Assembly (NCBI RefSeq): GCF_028641065.1
Contig: NC_073384.1
Span: 49,662,001-49,726,000 of the forward strand
DNA from: Leucoraja erinacea
Taxonomy: Eukaryota
Reading direction: 5' to 3'
DNA: 64,000 nucleotides
The notes below the pieces were generated by a model. It was not told the DNA's origin, searched no databases, and saw only the letters and a program-made list of their open reading frames with translations. Both the position numbers and the translations under genes were made by a program. This document shows positions 51,870 through 64,000 of this stretch, piece after piece. Each line of letters opens with the position of its first letter. Within the stretch, counting starts at the first letter, position 1.

Positions 51870-54465
51870 AATGGATCTACATCAATGATTTGGATGAGAA
51901 TATACAGGGCAAGATTTGCAAGTATGCTGATGATACAAAAGTTAGTGGTTTTGCATAGTGAAGATGGTTGTGAATGATTGCACCAGGATCTGGATCAATT
52001 AGCCAGGTGGGCGGAGGAATGGTTGATGGAATTTAAAACAGAGAAGTGTGAGGTGTTGCATTTTGGTACGTCGAACCAAGGCAGGACCTACACAGTAAAT
52101 GGTAGGCCTCTGGGTAGTGTTGTAGAGCAGTGGGATTGAGGAGTACAGGTGCATGGGTCCTTAAAGGTCGAGTTGCAGGTAGATAAGGTGGTCTATTTAA
52201 GGTAATTTAGAAACAGGTGAATTTATTACAGGGAACAAGGAAATGGCAGATGAGTTGAACAGGTACTTTGGATCTGTCTTCACTAAGGAAGACATAAACA
52301 ATCTTCCTGATGTACTAGTGGCCAGAGGATCTGGGGTGACGGAGGAACTGAAGGAAATCCACATCAGGCTTGAAATGGTGTTGGGTAAACTGATGGGACT
52401 GAAGGCTGATAAATGCCCAGGGCCTGATGGTCTGCATCCCAGGTACTTAAGGAAGTGGCTCTAGAAATTGTGGACACATTGGACGTCATTTTCCAATGTT
52501 CTAGAGTTTCAGGATCATTTCCTGTGGATTGGAGGGTAGCTAATGTTATCCCACTTTTTGGTAAAGGCGGGAGAGAGAAAACAGGGAATTATAGACCAGT
52601 CAGCCTGACATCGGTGGAGGGGAAGATGCTGGAGTCAATCATCAATGACGAAATAGCAGCATATTTAGATAGCAGTAACAGGATTGGTCCGAGTCAGCAT
52701 GGATTTACGAAGGGGAAATGTTTGACTAATCTTTTGGAATTTTTTGAGGATGTAACTGGGAAAATGGACAAGGGAGAGCCAGTGAATGTAGTGTATCTGG
52801 ACTTTCAGAAAGCATTCGATAAGGTCCCACATAGGAAAATAGTGGGCAATATTAGGGCACATGGTATTGTGGGTAGAGTGCTGACATGGATAGAAAATTG
52901 GTTGGCAAACAGGAAACAAAGAGTAGGGATTAACAGGTCCCTTTCAGAATGGCAGGTACTGACTAGTGGGATATCGCAAGGCTCGGTGCTGGGACCACAG
53001 CTAATTACAATATATATTAATGATTCTGATGAATGGATTACAAGTAACATTAGCAAATTTGCACATGACACAAAGCTGGGTGGCAGTGTGAACCATGATG
53101 AGGATGCTATGAGAATGCAGGGTGACTTGGACAGGTTGGGTGCATGGGCAGATGCATGGCAGATGCAGTTTAATGTGGATAAATGTGAGGTTATCTACTT
53201 TGGTAACAAAAACAGGAAGGCAGATTATTATCTAAATGGTGTCAAGTTGGGAAAAGGGGAAGTACAACGGGATCTGGGGGTCTTTTGTTCATCAGTCAAT
53301 GAAAGTAAGCATGCAGGTACAGCAGGCAGTGAAGAAAGCGAATGGCATTTAGCCTTCATAACAAGAGGAGTTGAGTATAGGAGCAAAGAGGTCCTTCTGC
53401 AGTTGTACAGGGCCCTAGTGAGACCACACCTGGAGTATTTTGTGCAGTTTTGGTCTCCAAATTTGAGGAAGGACATTGTTGTTATTGAGTGGGTGCAGCG
53501 TAGGTTCACACGGTTAATTCCTGGGATGGCGGGACTGTCATATGCTAAGAGAATGGAGCTGCTGGGCTTGTACACCCTGGAATTTAGGATGAGAGGGGAT
53601 CTTATTGAAACATATAAGATTATTAAGGGTTTGGACACATGTTCCCGATGTTGGGGGAGTCCAGAACCAGGGGCCACTGTTTAAGAATAAGGGGTAAGCC
53701 ATTTAGAACGGAGATGAGGAAACACTTTTTCACACAGAGGGTTGTGAGTTGGAATTCGCTGCCTCAGATGGCGGTGGACCGCTGGATATTTAGAGCTAGA
53801 TAGGGCTCTTGTTCAGATATCTGAGGGCAGACACGGGGTGTTATTGGGGAATCAGCCATGATCATAGTCAAGCGGTGCTGGCTCGAAGGGCCAAATGGAC
53901 TCCTCACCCAGAAGATTGTCAACAAGGCTTTTGGCACTTTGCGCTTCATCGGAGTATTGAGTATAGAAGTGGTAGGTCTGAGCTATAGGGAGACCGGAAT
54001 ATTGTGAGTCTGGGCACCAGGCTGGGATATAGTCAAGCTGGATGGATTCTTGGAGCGCAGGATGTTGAAGGAGGAGGGTGAGCTTATAGGTTGAGTATGG
54101 GTATTCCTTGGAAAGGATCATGAGAGAAATGTATATAAAATCATGAGATAGATCGGGTAGATGCATAGAATCTCTTGCCCAGAGTAGGGGAATCACGGAC
54201 CAGAGGAGATAGGTTCAAGGTGAAGGTGAAAGATTTAATAGGAACCCTTTTCACACAAAGGGTGGTGTGAGTGTGGAACAAGCTGCCAGAGGAGGCTGGG
54301 ACTATCCCATCGTTTAAGAAACAGTTAGAAAGGTACATGGATAGGGCAGGTTTGAAGAGATATGGACCAAGCGCAGGCAAGTGGGACTAGTGTAGCTGGG
54401 ACATTGTTGGCCGGCATGGGCGAGTTGGGCCGAAGGGGCTGTTTCCACACTGTATCACTTCATGA
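51870..54465 (+). mobile_element. CR1 cluster: a younger CR1 (about 52205-53905, ORF remnants 52243-53684) flanked by pieces of a second CR1 subfamily
   Basis: YLDFQKAFDKVPH, QGSVLGPQL and FAHDTKL motifs. The outer pieces carry YADDTK (about 51925) and the gggccgaagggg.ctgtttcc tail shared with the SINEs. Confidence 0.85.
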
Positions 54466-57400
54466 CTCTAAGACATGTCAAAAAGGGATTATATGCTGAC
54501 ATCCACATTGTAAAAACAGGAAAGTGCTCTCCAATCTACTTCATAAATGTCCCAGACACCACTCACATTCTCAGGTATGCAATATTATACAATTTGTTTA
54601 GCATTCATAGCAGTACTTGCAGAAAACATGGATATGGAAAAGAAACACCCTACTTATAATTATTCGTCACTCACACAAAACATAACCCTATGCCGTCAAA
54701 AGTCATTTTTTCACATTCCCCGATAAAAATAACAAATAGAGAATTAAAGCATTTTCTCCCAAATTTAACAAAATTGCACATACAAAATACAACAATATTT
54801 CACATTCAACCCCACATATTTTCTTCATCAGCTAGATATAATTATCAGCTTCGATGAAAGTAGGTACCCACATGATAACCCCTATGACGTGTCTGCCTAG
54901 CCTTTCTCAACATCGGAGGAGCATAGGTGAGTGCAGAAGGCTCCCATCACCATCTGGAGTAAATTGATATTTGGCACTTTGGACTTTTAATATCTAGTCC
55001 TGTGTATTTGTAAACATGTATTTTGGTCCCATTGTGAAAATAATTCCATCTGCCGGTACTGACACAGATGCATTAACTTGATCACACCCTTACTTCATCA
55101 TATTGGGACGATTTCAGCAGCAAAAAATGATCCCAATGATCATCAGCAGCAGAGGCACTGCAAAAAAAGAGGTCGCTGAGATTGGTTTTATGAGCACACA
55201 TAATATGTATCTGTATGAATAAATGTATTGGACTGTATAGAAATCTCCATTAAATAAATCAAAGATACTTATTGAATATGGCTCTAAAGGTAGCTTTAAA
55301 GCCATCATTTGATTCTAATCACAAATTCAGTTCTGCCACTATAACAGTGCTGCAAATTCTGCCCTATGCTGCTGCAACTGCAGTTGGAATTAAACACAAC
55401 AATCAGATGTCAGGATCAAACTTGATTGGATTCCAGGTGAAATCTCAAAGGCAATGAAATGTAATAAAGAGAAAAATAGAAACAAAGAACTGCAGATGCT
55501 GGTTTATACCAAAGATAGACAGAAAGTGCTGGAGTAGCAGGTCAGGAGAAAAAGAATGGGCGATGATTTGAGTCGGAAATGGGTTGGGGTTCATGTATTC
55601 TTTATCCTTAATGAGGCTAATATGCTTGGAGGAACCAGGCATATTTGTCTATTCCCTACATTCCATGTGCCAATCCAAAAGACCGTTAAATACCACTGAT
55701 GTATCTGCAATAACCACCATCCCGGCAGCACGTTCCAGGCACTCACCAGCCTCGGTGTAATAGTACTTGCCCCACACATCTCCTTTGTGGGGGTTAGGAG
55801 GGCATGCGGAATAAACAGTGGTGGTGAAGAACATCCCCATTAGGATCAGACCAAGGAAGAATCACAGCAAGAAACAGGTACATAACTTGCAGGGGATTTG
55901 CCTATTTATCTGTCAGCTTTCCTCCTTTAAGCAGGAGTAGCTTTTGTTGTGAAGACCTGCTTCCATGAACAAGGTTCCACTACCTGCAGATCACGCATAA
56001 GCATTTGAATTTACCCGCACTGATGTTTATACGTGCATTGTCCTACATTTGACCCACCAATACAATGCTGGACGTCTCCTTGCATTATTAAGTCATGTGC
56101 ACAAAAGCTAATGGTGTGCTGTCTAAGAGAATTATTCATCTTGCATATCAAACATACACAATTTGTTGCAGTAATGTTGGAATATGATCAATATTTGATC
56201 TTACCAAATCAACCCGTTCTACCCTCATTCAAAATGCACATTTTCCCATCGACCTGTCCTAATGCCACCTTCCTCGAACAGAGAACAATACATGATTTCC
56301 AACAAACCATGGAGACCAAATAGCTAGTTCAGGAACTAACCTAGAAATTAGCACAGCACAAGAACAGGCCCTTCAACCCACAATGTCTGTGTTGAACATG
56401 ATGTCAAGACTATCTCTCACCTACCTGCACTTAATTCATATTCCTCCATTCCTTGCATGACTATCCAAAAGCCTCTTAAAGCCCGGCAGTGTGTTTCAGG
56501 CACTCACTCCCCTCTGTGCAGAAAAACCTGCCCAACACTTCTCATTTAAACTTTGGCCCACCACCTAAAGCTATGCCCTCCAGTATTTGACATTTCCATC
56601 TTAGGACAACTGTTCTGACAGTCTATCTATGGCCTATCTATACCTCTCATAATTTTATTAACTTCCATCAGGTATTTATGGTGGTGCCTTTATCCATTAA
56701 AAAAATATCATTATCACTAGAAATGTATTCAAAGACGAATATCCTATAAAATAATCTAGCAGGTTAATTGTCATAATTTGTATATTGCATGAAACTCCTG
56801 ATTCATAATATTAGAATGATACCCAGGACTGAAGCACTCAACCCAAATTGGATCTATTCATAGAGTTTATAAAAATGACGTGAAGCACACGAGGTTCTGA
56901 GGAGACTTGACAGAATAAATGATCAGCCATGGTGATGAAGCAGGCACAAGGTACTGCCCATTTCTGCTGTTACTCCAGTTAAAATGGTGAATTTCTATAG
57001 TCATACAGCACAGAAACAGGCCCTTTTACCTGCCCCATCCTTGTATCTGTCCAAGTGTTTCTTAAATATTATTATTATACCTGCCTCAACTACCTCTTCA
57101 GGCAGCTCGTTCCATATACCCACCACCCTCGGAGAAAAAAGTTGCCCTCAGGTTCCTATTAAATCGATCCCCTCTCACCTTAAGCATAAGCCCTCTGGTT
57201 CATTGATTACCTTACCCTGGGTAAAAGGCTCTGTGCATTCACCCTATCAACTCCCCTTGTGAATTTTATGCACCTCGTACATTCTTATATTACAATACAC
57301 AAATCTCTGCTTCGATATTCAAATATTTTGCTGGGTCTAAATCCAATGATTAGATGCACTTGGATCTCACAAAAGATTTGCTAACTGTCTTCTTTTTTGA

Positions 57401-57610
57401 GAGAGCAGGACTTGGAAAGATGCAATGTTCAACCATGGGAATCCACCTCCTGACGAGGGTGCATTCAGTGGAAAACTGTGCAATTAAAATCTATAAACTC
57501 CCCCACAATGTAAAAAGTAATGGGATGCAACAATGGCATACATCTGTCACTTGATAAATGTTAATTGCATTACTTTACCGTGCAGTATTAAATTGTGGCA
57601 TTAAACTAAC

Positions 57611-57769
57611 CATCCACGCCATTGTGTTGGCTGTAGCTTCGCTTGCCTAGAATAGTTGGAGACCCATTGTTTTGGATCGTAAACAGTCGTTTTGGTGTTT
57701 GACTGGTGCTCCTGGCAGTGATGGCTGGTCCGGTTCTGAACATATCTGGCTTTACAGCAGGATGCACTT
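57611..57769 (-). CDS. MTA3: MTA-family coding exon, 159 nt, phase 1/1: EVHPAVKPDMFRTGPAITARSTSQTPKRLFTIQNNGSPTILGKRSYSQHNGVD
   Basis: Polypyrimidine acceptor ...tttctaatgtgcag and donor gttagt. NNGSPTILGKRSYxQHNGVD is the recalled MTA1/MTA3 C-terminal motif. EVHPAVKP and TPKRLFT look more like MTA3. Confidence 0.9.
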
Positions 57770-58964
57770 CTGCACATTAGAAAAAAAGAGTGAAATATAA
57801 TAAGGTATCAAGAATTAAGAGCAACAAATAAAACATTCCATTAATTAATACTTAACCTTTGAAGAACTGCTTTTGGTTCCTGATGCATGATTTTAATATA
57901 ATTCAAATGAAGACAAGAGTAAACTTTTCAACCCATTGCATTCATGTTGTCCTTATTCAAAAGCAACTGTTAGTTCCAGTCATATAACAGCACAGAACAG
58001 GAGCAGGTCTTCCGGGCTACAATGTCTGTGGCAACCATGACGCCTCGTTAAACTAATCTCCTCTGCCTACATGTGATCCATATCACTCCATTCATATTCA
58101 TGTACCTATTTAAAAGCCTATTAAATACCACCACCTGTGGCATTCCACCACTCACTGGGTAAAAGACCTTGCCCCCCCACATCCTTTGCCATCTGTTCAG
58201 AGCACTGAAATTATACATTTTAAACAAAACCCATCAGTTTCTTCCCAGGCAATTGAACCATCCTCCCAACAACTAGAGAGCAGTCATGAGCTACTATTTC
58301 CTTCATTGACTATCTTTGGTCTGACTTTACTGGACTTTATCTTGCGCTAAAGGTTATTCATGTTATTCCTTTTACCCTGTATCCGTACCACTCTGAATGG
58401 ATTAATTTTAATCATATATTGTCTTTCCACTGACTGGTTAGCACGCAACAAAATCTTTTCACTTTACCTCGGTACACATGACAATAAACTAAACTAAATC
58501 AAAACAATTATTATAGATACTTGGAAATATGATGTTGAAAAAAATCTAGTTTAGAGTTTAGTTTAGAGACACAGTGCGGAAACAGACCCTTCAGCCCACC
58601 GCGAGTCCATGCCGACCTGCAATCAGCCCGCACTAACCATATAACCATATAACACTAGTTCTATCCTACGCCCTGGGGCCAATGTTATTTACAGAAGCCA
58701 ATTAACCTACAAATCTGCATGTCTTTCGGATGTGAGAGGAAACTGGAGCACCCGAAGAAAACCAACACAATCATAGGAAGAATGCGCAAAGTCCATACAG
58801 ACAGCTCCCATAATCGAACATCTGGCGCTCTGAGGCCGCAAATCTACCGCTGCACCACTGAGTTATATAGGTAATTTATGACAATGTGTGAGATTTTGTT
58901 ATTTAAATAACCTAACATGAGAATAGGCTTCAGAGAAATGTGGCGAATTGGGAGTGTGCGGAAT

Positions 58965-59492
58965 GCTCTGACTTCTTTGAAACATATTGAGAGTATCTGT
59001 GGGTGGACGCAGCCCAGACCATCACACAAACCAATCTCCCTTACATTGACTTGGGAGAGGAGAGAAGAGTGGCCAGGGTGTGACTCATCTTTGATTATGC
59101 TACTGGCCTTGCTGCGGCAACGTGAAGTACAAATGAAGTCACACCCCGGTTACTCCTTCTCTCCTCTCCCATCAGGCAAGAGGTATAGAAGTGTGAAAAT
59201 GCACACCTCCAGATTTAGGGGCAGTTTCTTCCCAGCTGTTATCAGCCAACTGAACCATCCTACCAGCAACTAGAGATAATTAGAGAGCGGTCCTGAGCTA
59301 CTGTCTACCTCATTGTAGACCCTCGGACTATCTTTGATTGGACTTTACTTTGCACTAAACATTATTACCTTTATCATGGATCTGTACACTGTGGATGGCT
59401 CGATTATAATCATGTATTGTTTTTCCGCTGACTGGTTAGCACGCAACTAAAGCTTTTCACAGTACCTCGATCACGTGACAATAAACTAAACT
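58965..59492 (+). mobile_element. Internally deleted Rex1-type 3' fragment; related short copies at about 50583-50875 and 58235-58500
   Basis: LPSGKRYRSVKMHTSRFRGSFFPAVI and a tgacaataaactaaac tail. Confidence 0.7.
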
Positions 59493-59574
59493 CATCTCAA
59501 TGAGAAAGAATATACATGCTAATTTCCAATATATTCTATCATTGAAGTATTTTCCCCAAATTATGATCACCCAC

Positions 59575-59664
59575 CTAGATACTTGATGACACTTGCCAGA
59601 GGCTTCCTCAAAGGAGCTTTGATATTCAGTGGTGTTTTCAATGCGTTTGGGAATCTAGCGGCAC
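59575..59664 (-). CDS. MTA3: MTA-family (probably MTA3) internal coding exon, 90 nt, phase 1/1: (C)AARFPNALKTPLNIKAPLRKPLASVIKYL(E)
   Basis: Acceptor ttttatctacag and donor gtgggt. The open frame resembles recalled MTA3 RKPLACIIGYLE and MTA1 RKPLEAVLRYLE, and splices in phase to the next exon. Confidence 0.85.
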
Positions 59665-61057
59665 CTGTAGATAAAACAGTAAACATCTCACGTAAATGTA
59701 TCAGCTGCCTGTTTACAGCATTCTCTGTGTAGAATTATTTTAATAAAAATCTTCCCCTACTGAACATATCAAATTCCAGTTCAAAAAGAATCCCAAGTAA
59801 AGAATCTTCAGAAGCACCTTCCATGGACAACAAGTTATACAGTCAAATGTTTGGCTTTACCCATTCCTCAATTACGTTTTGACCATTGGTACTTTACTCA
59901 AGAATGCCAAAACTGAACTTGTTACTATCTCTGATGTAATATAAGCAATTACACTTAGAGACTGTGTAATGTGGTGATGGATTCTGGATAAAACTTGAGC
60001 TGTTTTGTTTTAATTTCGCATTTTCGCATTTTCAACCGGTGGGAATATTATCACCAAATCTCATGAAAATGTTCCTCCATGCAACCAATAAAGCAAGATG
60101 ACATGCTGTTGCTGGAGAGAAATACAGATTAGTGGAAAAACAGGCGTCATCATTTTTTTTCATATACTATTTCAAATTTTACCTTCAGTTTTATGCCCTG
60201 CTTGTTTGTTTTAGCGTCTCTTCTTTGAGGAGACTGAAGAAGGTCCATCTGTCTCCTTACCGCTGCACCATCGAGAGCAACCATGCAGTATGGTTCAATC
60301 AGATGCCATTGCTGCTTCCTCGGTCCCCTTGTTCCAAAGCAAGCTCTGATCAAGAAGGCTCACCATGGACGTACCCTCTGTACTGTACACTGACTCCTGA
60401 CAAGGTCCAGGACAGCTTCTTAAAGTTCAACAACGTAATCTGAATCTGCCCCCCCCGGAATCTGAAAAATAACTATAATGTGTTTTTTCAATCAAGTGCT
60501 CTTCCAGGGAGTCAGCATTTTGTTGTGTACTAACCATTAAAATGAATCCATGAATCTGAACTAAATGTGTTTTTTAATCAAGTGCCCAGGTCAGCCTTTG
60601 TTACTAACCATTAAATACCATTACTCTGTATGTAGGAGCCATTAAGCTTAAGTCAGTATATTATAGCCATGTCTAACATTTTAAATATTTTAATTCGTAT
60701 CTGTATGTATGCTTGTAGGTGGGGTTTAATACTTAGAGGGGTCTGTCTATCTCTGAAGAAGCTAGCGCAGGCTCATTAATTTAGTTTCAGTTTACCTTGT
60801 GGGATTATGTGAATAACAGTTTTCACCATGAGCTGAGCCCAAAGCTGAGCCATGAGCTATGAGTCATGGACATGATTACGGGCTTAGAGCAAGTTTATGA
60901 TATGATTGGAACAGCTATGAAGAACAAAAAGTGATGTAATATATCATTGTTTTGAAATAATTCAATAAAAAACAATTAATCAAGATTCAACGACTGGAAG
61001 ACTAAAGGGGCTGTCCCACTTGGGTGATCTAATCTGCGAGTTTAGAAGAGTTTGCCC

Positions 61058-61453
61058 CAAAGATCCTATAGCGGAGCAAGATAGATCACTCCTGCTAAAT
61101 GCAATGGACTGACGTGTAGAACGCAACGGAACGGAACGTGGGCCTTTTTTTCATCCATTTCCATAAACCGGACTCGACCCGACTCGCAGTGTAATCAACG
61201 TTGCGGGGGAACAGTTTGTGTTAATAAATTACAATTCTGAAAATGAGGAGAAGATTTTTACCAAATAACTTTTATTTTTATGAGGATGTTTCCGTAACCG
61301 GCTTCCGTCTCCGCACTACTATCCTATGGGATCTTTGGTGCGGAGATGGAAGCCGGTTACGGAAATGGGGCCTATAATTACCCTTGAATCTGCCCATGAC
61401 CGCACTACGTCTTTTTCGTCGAGTGGACTATCTTGCTCGCTATAGGGTCTTTG
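61058..61453. mobile_element. MITE with an 8-bp TSD and CAAAG termini (P-element-like; hAT not excluded)
   Basis: TIR caaagatcctatagcggagcaagatagatcactc / gagtggactatcttgctcgctatagggtctttg. TSD gtttgccc at 61050-61057 and 61454-61461. Confidence 0.8.
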
Positions 61454-61788
61454 GTTTGCCCTGGACTTAAACTCGCAGCATGGTCGACGCGAGGTCGTAT
61501 GAGGTGGCTGGAACTCTCCTCGAGGGAGGTTCCCGAGGGAGGTTCCCGCCTATTCGCAGCCTCATCTAGGTGGCGGAAAAATTTTCAGCAGATTGAAAAA
61601 TTTTCCACGAGTAAAATTTGGTCTGCATGGGTCTTTTTCACTCGTAGTGCAGTTGAGTGGGGTCGCTATTTACTTACAGGCAGTCGAGTGCAGCCGTAGG
61701 CAATCTCCTTCGATGACCGGACATTTTGATTGGCTCAATGGAGTTTCACGACCTAGGAAGACCTACTGGTAGGTAAAATGCCCGCTAA

Positions 61789-62090
61789 AGGCCCTGTCCC
61801 ACTTTCCCGAGTTACTCACAAATTCTCCCGAGTTTTCCCCTTGATTCAAACTCGGAGAATTACGGTAATAGCCAGTCGTAGGTACTCGGGGCTATTTATT
61901 TTACTCGTGGACATTTTTCAACATGCAGTAAAAAGTCCTGACTTACCTGATGCCCCAACTACCTACGGCTGGCATTACGAACCGTTACGAAATATCTACG
62001 GGCTCCTAAGGACGCTACGGACATTCCCCGAGTTTGAATCAAGGGGAAAACTCGGGGGAATTCGTAACTCGGGAAAGTAGGACAGGGGCA
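61789..62090. mobile_element. Harbinger-type MITE
   Basis: Imperfect TIRs of about 65 bp (aggccctgtcccactttcccgagttac... / ...gtaactcgggaaagtaggacaggggca) and a TAA TSD at 61786-61788 and 62091-62093. Confidence 0.85.
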
Positions 62091-62175
62091 TAACTTTATT
62101 GAACTTCTTCAAAGTGTCTCGCCCCCCCCCCCCCCCCCCCCCCCCCCCCTTCTCTCTCCGTCACTCCTCCCTCAA

Positions 62176-62210
<35 letters not shown>

Positions 62211-63429
62211 ATGCTCACTAAAGGACTTACAGTACTCTGTGGCAGCCATTTACCTTCCTCTTCATCGCGCAGACAGTGCTCCTCCGCTGTCCCTGTCATT
62301 CAGCAGTGCCTTAAGCTGCATGTTAAATTCACCGCAATGTTTGTATCCTTTTACCAATTCTTCCCAAGGATCATTTGATATTTCACACATATTTTACCCT
62401 ACTGATAAAGCCACCAACATTTTCATTTTCTTGTAAATGCATCAGAAAATATATTTTCAATTTAGGATATTTCCCAATATATGGACAACACAACCATCCT
62501 TTGCTCTACAAACCTATGTATATCTGTGAACATCTCAAGCCTACCTTAGGAGATACAGTAGCACAAAGCAAAACCAAAATGGGTAGATTAATTCTTTGTA
62601 TCGTTCATCAGCAAAGTTTGATTACTTTAAGTTGTGGAAGATCTAGTAATGGGTGCAAATCTGTACCAAACACTGTGAAGAACAAGATGCCAAGGCCAAA
62701 CAGAAGCCAATTAGATGAAGCGATTGCTCTCTTTCCGTCACTGGTGGGAATCTCATGAAAATGTACTAGACTCTCATGTGTTGTTCCACATGGCCTAAAT
62801 CAGACCCTCCCCCTGATATGCCTCTGCCATAATCAACTGAGCTACCTTCTATTTTAGTTTAGTTTATTGTCACGTGTACCGAGGTACAGTGAAAAGCTTT
62901 TGTTGCAATTACACGTGACAATAAACAAAACGATTTTGGTTGGAGAGTGAAGATTGAGATGCTTTCGGTTCTAACTATGCTCCAGAAATGCTGGGGGGGG
63001 GTCATTGAGGAAGCACTGGTCATCCCGGGCAAACTATGCCATCATTCCCCTTACCTTGCACAGGTGAATGATGAGCCTAAAAATCCACTGGGGATGTGGG
63101 CCTGCACAGTAAATGTTGGTGTGGAAGGTCCTCTCAATGCAATCCCTTAAGACAGTCAAAATCTCATGACAATGCCAAGTGCCTTTAAGTTTGCAACTGG
63201 AAAGAGACCATTACCAACCTCTTGCTGAATGTACCTTTGCATAGGAAAGGGCAATAATACATGAATCTGTGCTCTACCAGTTATTCCCAGCATAAGACAG
63301 TAATTATGCTGGGAAATGAAAGTGGCCCTGTGGTCCCAGATGGAACACTCCATTAAATAGTTTTGCTCAACAGCATGTTTCAAAATTCAAGAACACATGC
63401 TGTGAGATCAAACCAAGCAACAAAAGAGC

Positions 63430-63835
63430 AGTGTAGGAAGGAATTGCAGATGCTGGTTTACACTGAAGATAAACACAAAATGCTGGAGTAACTCAGTTGG
63501 TGAGGCAAGTTCAAGTTCAAGTTCAAGATCTCTGGAGCAAAGGAATAGGTGACATTTCGGGTCAAGACCCTCTCCTTCAGACTGAGTCAAGGGGAGATGG
63601 AAACTAAAGGTATGAATATACAAAGGATGCATGGGGAAAGGCTACTGTAATCTGTTCTACCTCCTCTATACACACAATGCAACAGGACACAGAACGTGTA
63701 AAAGGTTTAAGAAGGAACTGCAGATGCTGGAAAATCAAAGATACACAAAAATGCTGGAGAAACTCAGCAGGTGCAGCAGCATCTATGGAGCAAAGGAAAT
63801 AAGCAACGTTTTGGGCCGAAACCCTTCTTCAGGTT
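63430..63835 (-). repeat. Two Penelope pLTR-derived short repeats with hammerhead-like cores
   Basis: Family consensus aaggaactgcagatgctgg...ctggagtaactcagc...gacgtttcgggtcgagacccttcttcag. More than 15 whole or partial copies occur across the window. Confidence 0.7.
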
Positions 63836-64000
63836 GCTTGCACTTGCATGAAGTGTGAATGTGTAGATTTTTCTGAATTCTTTTTTATTTAACAAAGTAT
63901 ATTTGCACCCATGAGAGTGCACTGGAGTGATACAACTGTGAGGCACCAACAACTGTGTCAATGGCTCTCCAGTGAAAATTCCATCTGGCACCGAAGCCCA

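Larger units (their letters stand above)
61006..62300. mobile_element. Harbinger-type non-autonomous element (left TIR aggggctgtcccactt after TAA; right end not found) hosting two further MITEs
   Basis: The terminal motif is shared with the 32230 and 61789 elements, and the sequence resumes after each nested insertion. Confidence 0.55.

Noticed and set aside
55984-56019. 36-nt AG...GT interval as the counterpart of the recalled MTA1 'GNMKKRLLMPSR' exon
   Set aside because: In-frame TGA, weak acceptor and no similarity. No convincing counterpart of that exon was found.
57857-57879. 23-nt exon-like segment between the 90-nt and 159-nt exons
   Set aside because: Weak acceptor and it breaks the phase. 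The flanking exons align contiguously with MTA proteins.
62096-62299. Poly-Gly ORF and long C runs (also 5027-5057)
   Set aside because: Homopolymer tracts inside TEs with unreliable length, not coding.

Overview
Eukaryotic (vertebrate) genomic DNA, most likely from a skate, ray or shark: it carries HE1-like tRNA/V-SINEs, CR1, Rex1/Babar and Penelope-derived repeats. The whole window lies inside the 3' half of a minus-strand MTA-family NuRD subunit gene, most likely MTA3. Five phase-compatible coding exons (59575-59664, 57611-57769, 50065-50096, 44517-44671, 308-407) were found by hand, because the ORF track mostly misses them. The last intron is about 44 kb. Much of the intronic sequence is transposon-derived. 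It includes a 5-kb DIRS1-type tyrosine-recombinase retroelement with perfect termini and internal complementary region (ICR) but decayed ORFs, and a non-autonomous Helitron carrying two minisatellites. There is also a Penelope element with many hammerhead-like pLTR derivatives, a Passport-like Tc1 relic, nested Rex1/CR1/MITE stacks, and a candidate P-element-type MITE inside Harbinger-type MITEs. Protein and family identifications come from recalled motifs, not database searches. Repeat boundaries without a stated target-site duplication (TSD) are approximate.
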